The notes beneath the pieces were generated by a model, which worked only from the letters and a program-made list of their open reading frames with translations, was not told where the DNA came from and searched no databases. A stretch of 63,881 nt of DNA, the filler included, from Pelomyxa schiedti (taxonomy: Eukaryota > Protista > Evosea): assembly GCA_020536535.1 (NCBI GenBank). It is 9 parts of 9 records of this genome, joined end to end, with 100 filler letters (N's around TTAATTAATTAA, not from the genome) between each part and the next. Parts side by side here need not be neighbours in the genome. Positions count along the whole stretch, not along the records: positions 58,082 to 60,154 come from JAHLWZ010002153.1; positions 60,255 to 61,384 come from JAHLWZ010002792.1; positions 61,485 to 62,637 come from JAHLWZ010002757.1; positions 62,738 to 63,881 come from JAHLWZ010002773.1; 5 more parts are not named here. One strand, written 5' to 3'. The position numbers and the translations under genes are program-made. Numbering within the stretch: position 1 is the stretch's first letter; each line of letters starts with the position of its first letter. This document shows positions 59,184 to 63,881 of the stretch, one piece after another.

Positions 59184-60154
59184 GAAAGAAGTTCAAGCGG
59201 AAATTACTTACCAACAAGTAGGGTTCTGTATGCTTCTGTGTATGTTGTGCTTGAACTAATGTGGGGATACTCACTCAATAACGGAAGACAGAAAGAGATG
59301 AATTCGATTGGAATAAAGGGTTCTATTGTTTGCCTTGTGTTTGTTGTTTATTTGTTTGTGTTTGTGTGTTTTTCGCTGTGATTCTGAGCTTGGAGCGTCA
59401 AGCTTATAAAGGCCTTGAAATCGAGTCGAATGATCATGGAGATTTCTGTGAAGTTGATTTCCAAATTCGTTAAGTCCGCGCTGCTGACTCAGCACCTGAG
59501 TCTCTCAGTCCTGCGTTGCTTCAGCGGTTTGCATTGAAGAGTTTGCCTGTGGATTCCCTGAATCACACAGTTCAATGTGTCACCACCATTCATAAAAACA
59601 GACATCCTCCAAGTGAGAGAATTTGAAAATTCAGTGGTGATGGTGATTCACCAACCTTTCGTATTTGTCACTAATTTAGGAACAGAAGGTGCCAAAAAAT
59701 GATCACCGATTCAGCAGTTCCTCATACAAACAGGAATCATAGATACAATTACTGTATGAATTCACCTTCTTTCCTTTCCAAGATAAAGTTACTTCTATCT
59801 GTAGAAACTGCGTCAATTTGAGTCCGTTCTCCTCAAGCTTAACACCACTCGCTCCTCCAACAGTCAAATCCTGCGTGTCAGCAGTATATCTCTTGTCTAC
59901 ACAAACGGTTTCACTTCTCTCTTTCTTTCTTTCTTTTTTTTAGTTGCTTTCTCTCATTGGGTAATTAGAGACCCACATGGCCAAAAATCATCATTCACTG
60001 CTCACGTCACACAATTGGAAATCAAGTTAGTCTTCTCATAATATGGTGCTTTCCTTTTCTGCCCCTTATTTCCCATACAGGTAAAATCGAGTTGCTTCAC
60101 ATGGTGTGTCAATGTTGATTTCCTTTTTCTTTTTTTTTTTTTTTTTTTTTTTTA

Positions 60155-60255
60155 NNNNNNNNNNNNNNNNNNNNNNNNNNNNNNNNNNNNNNNNNNNNTT
60201 AATTAATTAANNNNNNNNNNNNNNNNNNNNNNNNNNNNNNNNNNNNNNNNNNNNT
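60155..60255. other. Artificial contig linker
   Basis: N-TTAATTAATTAA-N. Confidence 0.98.
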
Positions 60256-60586
60256 GTGCGGATGCAACAACACCAGGGACCCATCCGAGTGCCCCAATCA
60301 ACTCGCACCACCATCATCATCCCCCACCTCATCATCAATGTCCCTGTCCTTCTCATTACCCCCAGGATCCATGTCAGGCTCACCATCACCGTCGCCGCCC
60401 CTACCACCTGAATCGGGATCACCATCACCATCACCACCACAATCACAGTCCAACCCATCAGCCACAGATTCTTCTTCTATCCTAGCAGTGTCCTCCTCGG
60501 CTTGTCTGCATTCCCCCGCACAATTCACTTCTGCTGCCTTCTTTATGATCCTGCTTGGTCTGCTTGTGATTCCTGCTCATATGTAA
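60256..60586 (+). CDS. 3' end of a surface protein: Cys motif, Ser/Pro stalk, hydrophobic GPI-like or TM tail
   Basis: CGCNNTRDPSECP...SPSPSPPLPPESGSPSPSPP...SSSA...AAFFMILLGLLVIPAHM*. Confidence 0.55.
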
Positions 60587-61384
60587 CTTCGAAAATAGTG
60601 CAACGACTCTATTATGGGGCCCAACGCCGTTGGTCACAGATGAGATTGTTGGGTACCCATCCAGGGCTCCAACTTGTTGCGCTCTCCGACAGAGTCACCA
60701 AAAGAATGAGAAGGAAAAACAAGAATGAAGAAGAAAAGGGTTTGTTTTAGTTTTTTCCGACATTGTTGCGTGCACAGAATGAAGATGGGACCCCACTATG
60801 GGCCCAACGTGGCAGAGACGGCTTGGGGTGGGCCAACCGGGGAGACCGCGACCAACCAGCACTTCCACGTTGTGACTACGCTGCCCCCCCCACCCGCACC
60901 GCAATTATGGGGTCTGGAGGGTGCGGGGAGGCGACACAGCGCCCTGCTGTGGGCAGGTGAGGCCACACGCATCAGTGCTGGAATTATTGGCGCGACGCCC
61001 GGCCGGCTCCCCCCCAACGTCAGTTGCACACGCGCCGGCCCCCACGAGCGAGTCCGCACATCGGGCAGCAGCAACAGATCTGCAAGCACGCCATGATGCA
61101 GCCACATAACCAAGTCAGTCCACTGTGTATTAACATTAGTCGTAATTAAAAAAAAAACCAACAACAATACTGACGCACGGTGTTGTGTCGCAGTTTGCAT
61201 GTATCGTGGTCGCGAGTGTAAAAAACAAACTAATGAATGACAAAGTAAAAACGCGCAGATGGCCGTCGGTATAATAGAAGAGAATAACGTGGTACTGTGA
61301 GGGTAGAGTAACGTCGTCACTTGTGTCGTAGTTAGTTCTTGTTGTGCTTGTTGTGGTATAACGTCGCCGGTGTCGTAGTTTATT

Positions 61385-61484
61385 NNNNNNNNNNNNNNNN
61401 NNNNNNNNNNNNNNNNNNNNNNNNNNNNTTAATTAATTAANNNNNNNNNNNNNNNNNNNNNNNNNNNNNNNNNNNNNNNNNNNN
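61385..61484. other. Artificial contig linker
   Basis: N-TTAATTAATTAA-N. Confidence 0.98.
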
Positions 61485-62323
61485 TAAAAACAACAACTGA
61501 CAACAACCAACATACGGAGGTGGAAGAAGTTGTGATGGCGAACTTTGCAGGATCCACGGCCAATACAACGGAGCCCTGGGTCATCGACTGGGGCATTGGC
61601 CACACTGACCCGTCGCTACCGCACATCGCCATACGACCCATACCGACAACAACGACGACGACCGCCGAAAAAATCGGCAACACCCCATTGCGATCACCAC
61701 GCATCGCTAAAAAGGTTCCTGAATTTTCTGTGGAATGGGGTTTCTGCTGGCGAAATCGAACGATACGAGGGTTTAACCAGAAGCTTGGAATTTGTTTATC
61801 AAAAGGAGAGACTGCAATGAGGCAGGGACTCCAATAGAAAAAGAGAGGGGAGCTTGTCTGTATCCCGAAGGAGCCAGGCTACACCCTTTTTTTTTTGAGT
61901 TGTTATTTATGGATTCAACTTCGCGATTATCAACCGAGGGGCGTCAGAGGCAAAATTGTGGGAACTGCCCCTCCCACAATTGAACCAAGTAGAACCCGGT
62001 ACAAATTTCGCGTGGAGTGGAGGATCATTCTCTCAGTTCTTGCGCTTGGGGTATTTCTACAGCTGATGACCGTAAGGGATGGCGTAGATTTTTTGCTGAT
62101 TGCAAACTAACTCCAATGCCTCGTGGACTCAGTCCCAATTTTTGTATCCTTACTCTTAACCAGAGTGGGCACATAAACCAAAAAGAAAGGGGCCACGCTG
62201 ATTAATCAAGGCAATTCCTTTTCGTTTCGATCACATTTCCTCCTTCCTGTGTTTATTATTTTCCCTTTTTTTTTTCCGTGTCGATTTGGGGGTGAGGGGA
62301 TCGAACCGAAACGAGAGGTGACG

Positions 62324-62428
62324 ATGAGTGCGACACCTACAAGTGGATCGGGTGGCGACGGGCCAACGTCGCGAAGTGCGGTGATGAGCCAGTCCTTCGT
62401 GATAAACAGGACCCCCCACGAGTTCGAA
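62324..62428 (+). CDS. Possible first exon of a truncated gene
   Basis: MSATPTSGSGGDGPTSRSAVMSQSFVINRTPHEFE followed by a gttagt donor. Confidence 0.25.
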
Positions 62429-62637
62429 GTTAGTTAGTTTGTGTGTGCGTGCGTGCGTGCGTGCCTGTGTGTTGGTTTGTGTGAGTGTCCTAGCCTAAGT
62501 CCCTCCTTTTTACAAATTTTTTTTATTTTTTTGCGAATAAAATGTAATAACTTTCGGTTTGTAATGTGTTCTTTGGGTTACGCATTGCTAAATTTTAACA
62601 AAAAAGCAGCTGGCACATTTTTCTGGGCCCACGTGGT

Positions 62638-62737
62638 NNNNNNNNNNNNNNNNNNNNNNNNNNNNNNNNNNNNNNNNNNNNTTAATTAATTAANNNNNNN
62701 NNNNNNNNNNNNNNNNNNNNNNNNNNNNNNNNNNNNN
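62638..62737. other. Artificial contig linker
   Basis: N-TTAATTAATTAA-N. Confidence 0.98.
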
Positions 62738-63881
62738 GGAAGGCACCATTTCTTCTGTTGGTTGTTGTTGGCGCCAGTGCTGATGAGGATGTGGATTGGG
62801 TGGTCAGTGGTTATCTCCAGAACACTACTGTCACCTGTCTTCACAACAACCATTGGAACAGCTTGCTTCACTGGGCACCTATGTGGTGGGAAGTCAGAAG
62901 AAATGGAAGTGGTGACTGGAATCATGTCAACGCACCTCCAAATGCACGTGACAGTGGCATTTGGCAAACTTGTTTGCGAAGACAAGTTGCTGATGGTGCT
63001 GGAAGGAGTGGATGTGGCCACTTTGTCACCAACTTTGAGTTCTTTCATTGGGCACTCTGTTCCATTTGACAGCAGTATCGTGGCATTTGGTCCAAAGCAA
63101 ACAGTGCCAGCATTGGAGCTGGACTGTGTGTGACTGAGGTTATTGCAAAAAAATGGAAGTGAGTGCCAAGCATACACGATGCACCCTTCTTGGATCTTGG
63201 TCATAGATCCCAAAAGGCTTTAAGGTTATTATCTTATCGCTTGTGTTGTACATCCTTATTGGATTCTTCCAGTGGAACCCCTTTGGGAAAAGAGCACCCC
63301 GATGCAATGCGGTTGTAAACAGTGGCTCAGTTTTTGTGAGGTTATACAAATGCCTGCAGGTTCTGGAAACTCGGATGAGACTCATTATATCAAGGTATTC
63401 CAGTATCGCTAAGAACACATTTAAGAATCCACAGTTACAAATTAAAGTAAAAGGTGTGTGGAGTGAGAGCGAAATAAAAAGGGATGAAGAAAAACTGAAA
63501 AAAACGCAAAACCAACCTATCCAAAGGGTTGATGGAAGGAGGACCTCATTTGGGTCAGTGACAGTTGTGACTTTGTGGGCCAGTTGTTGGCTGGAAGAAT
63601 AAGAAGGACAAAGTGAAGGTGAGTGAATACCTGTTTGACACTGTAGAAACCAAATGTGAGGGTGCTGTCGCTGGTGGCGTGGCTGGAGTTCCAGGAGTGG
63701 GTGTGGAGGGGTGGGTGTCTTTGTTGTTGAAAGAAAACCAACTCCAAAAACCTCCTCCCCAGCCGGTCTTCTTTGGTTTCTCAGCAATAGGAGAGGATGT
63801 AAGCACTCCAACTCTTGCAACTGTGTCAAATAACTCCTGAACACCAACTTGAAGCTTGGAACTTTTCGTGGTTTTTGAGTG
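62738..63881 (-). CDS. F-box protein fused to a Hint (Hedgehog/intein) domain; truncated at both ends
   Basis: Spliced F-box LLPSTLWI-AILEYLDIMSLIRVSRTCRHLYNLTK, then ...RRVHR-SSSNAGTV|CFGPNATILLSNGTECPMKELKVGDKVAT (Hint block A) and LEITTDHPIHI (block B TxxH). Confidence 0.8.

Noticed and set aside
59271-59940. Coding-looking minus-strand fragments
   Set aside because: They are interrupted by stops in every frame with no recognisable family, and could be a decayed gene or UTR.
61520-61837. Two overlapping plus-strand ORFs at a contig start
   Set aside because: No motif or splice evidence to choose a frame.

Overview
This is eukaryotic DNA, not prokaryotic. It is gene-dense, with many short GT-AG introns and GC-rich 5' exons. 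The window is nine separate contigs joined by artificial N-TTAATTAATTAA-N six-frame-stop linkers, plus two plain 100-N scaffold gaps, so adjacency across a linker means nothing. The gene content (kinase-Sel1 genes, RING/TRIM-like ligases, a divergent flagellar SPAG6) suggests a flagellate or amoeboid protist. An archamoeba such as Pelomyxa is my best guess, but that is inference only. I spliced roughly 24 genes or gene fragments by eye, so boundaries are approximate. Most striking: (1) a gene whose RNI-type LRRs are each a separate 84-nt phase-1 exon in a recently shuffled array with homologous introns, spliced in frame to a PINK1-like kinase; (2) an F-box protein fused to a Hedgehog/intein (Hint) autoprocessing domain; (3) a GT32 glycosyltransferase fused to a GDP-sugar transporter; (4) an intronless bacterial-type PGM1-like ATP-grasp peptide ligase; (5) PINK1-like kinase-Sel1 paralogs and three TRIM-like genes with diversified binding surfaces. 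I saw no rRNA, tRNA, CRISPR array or intact transposase.
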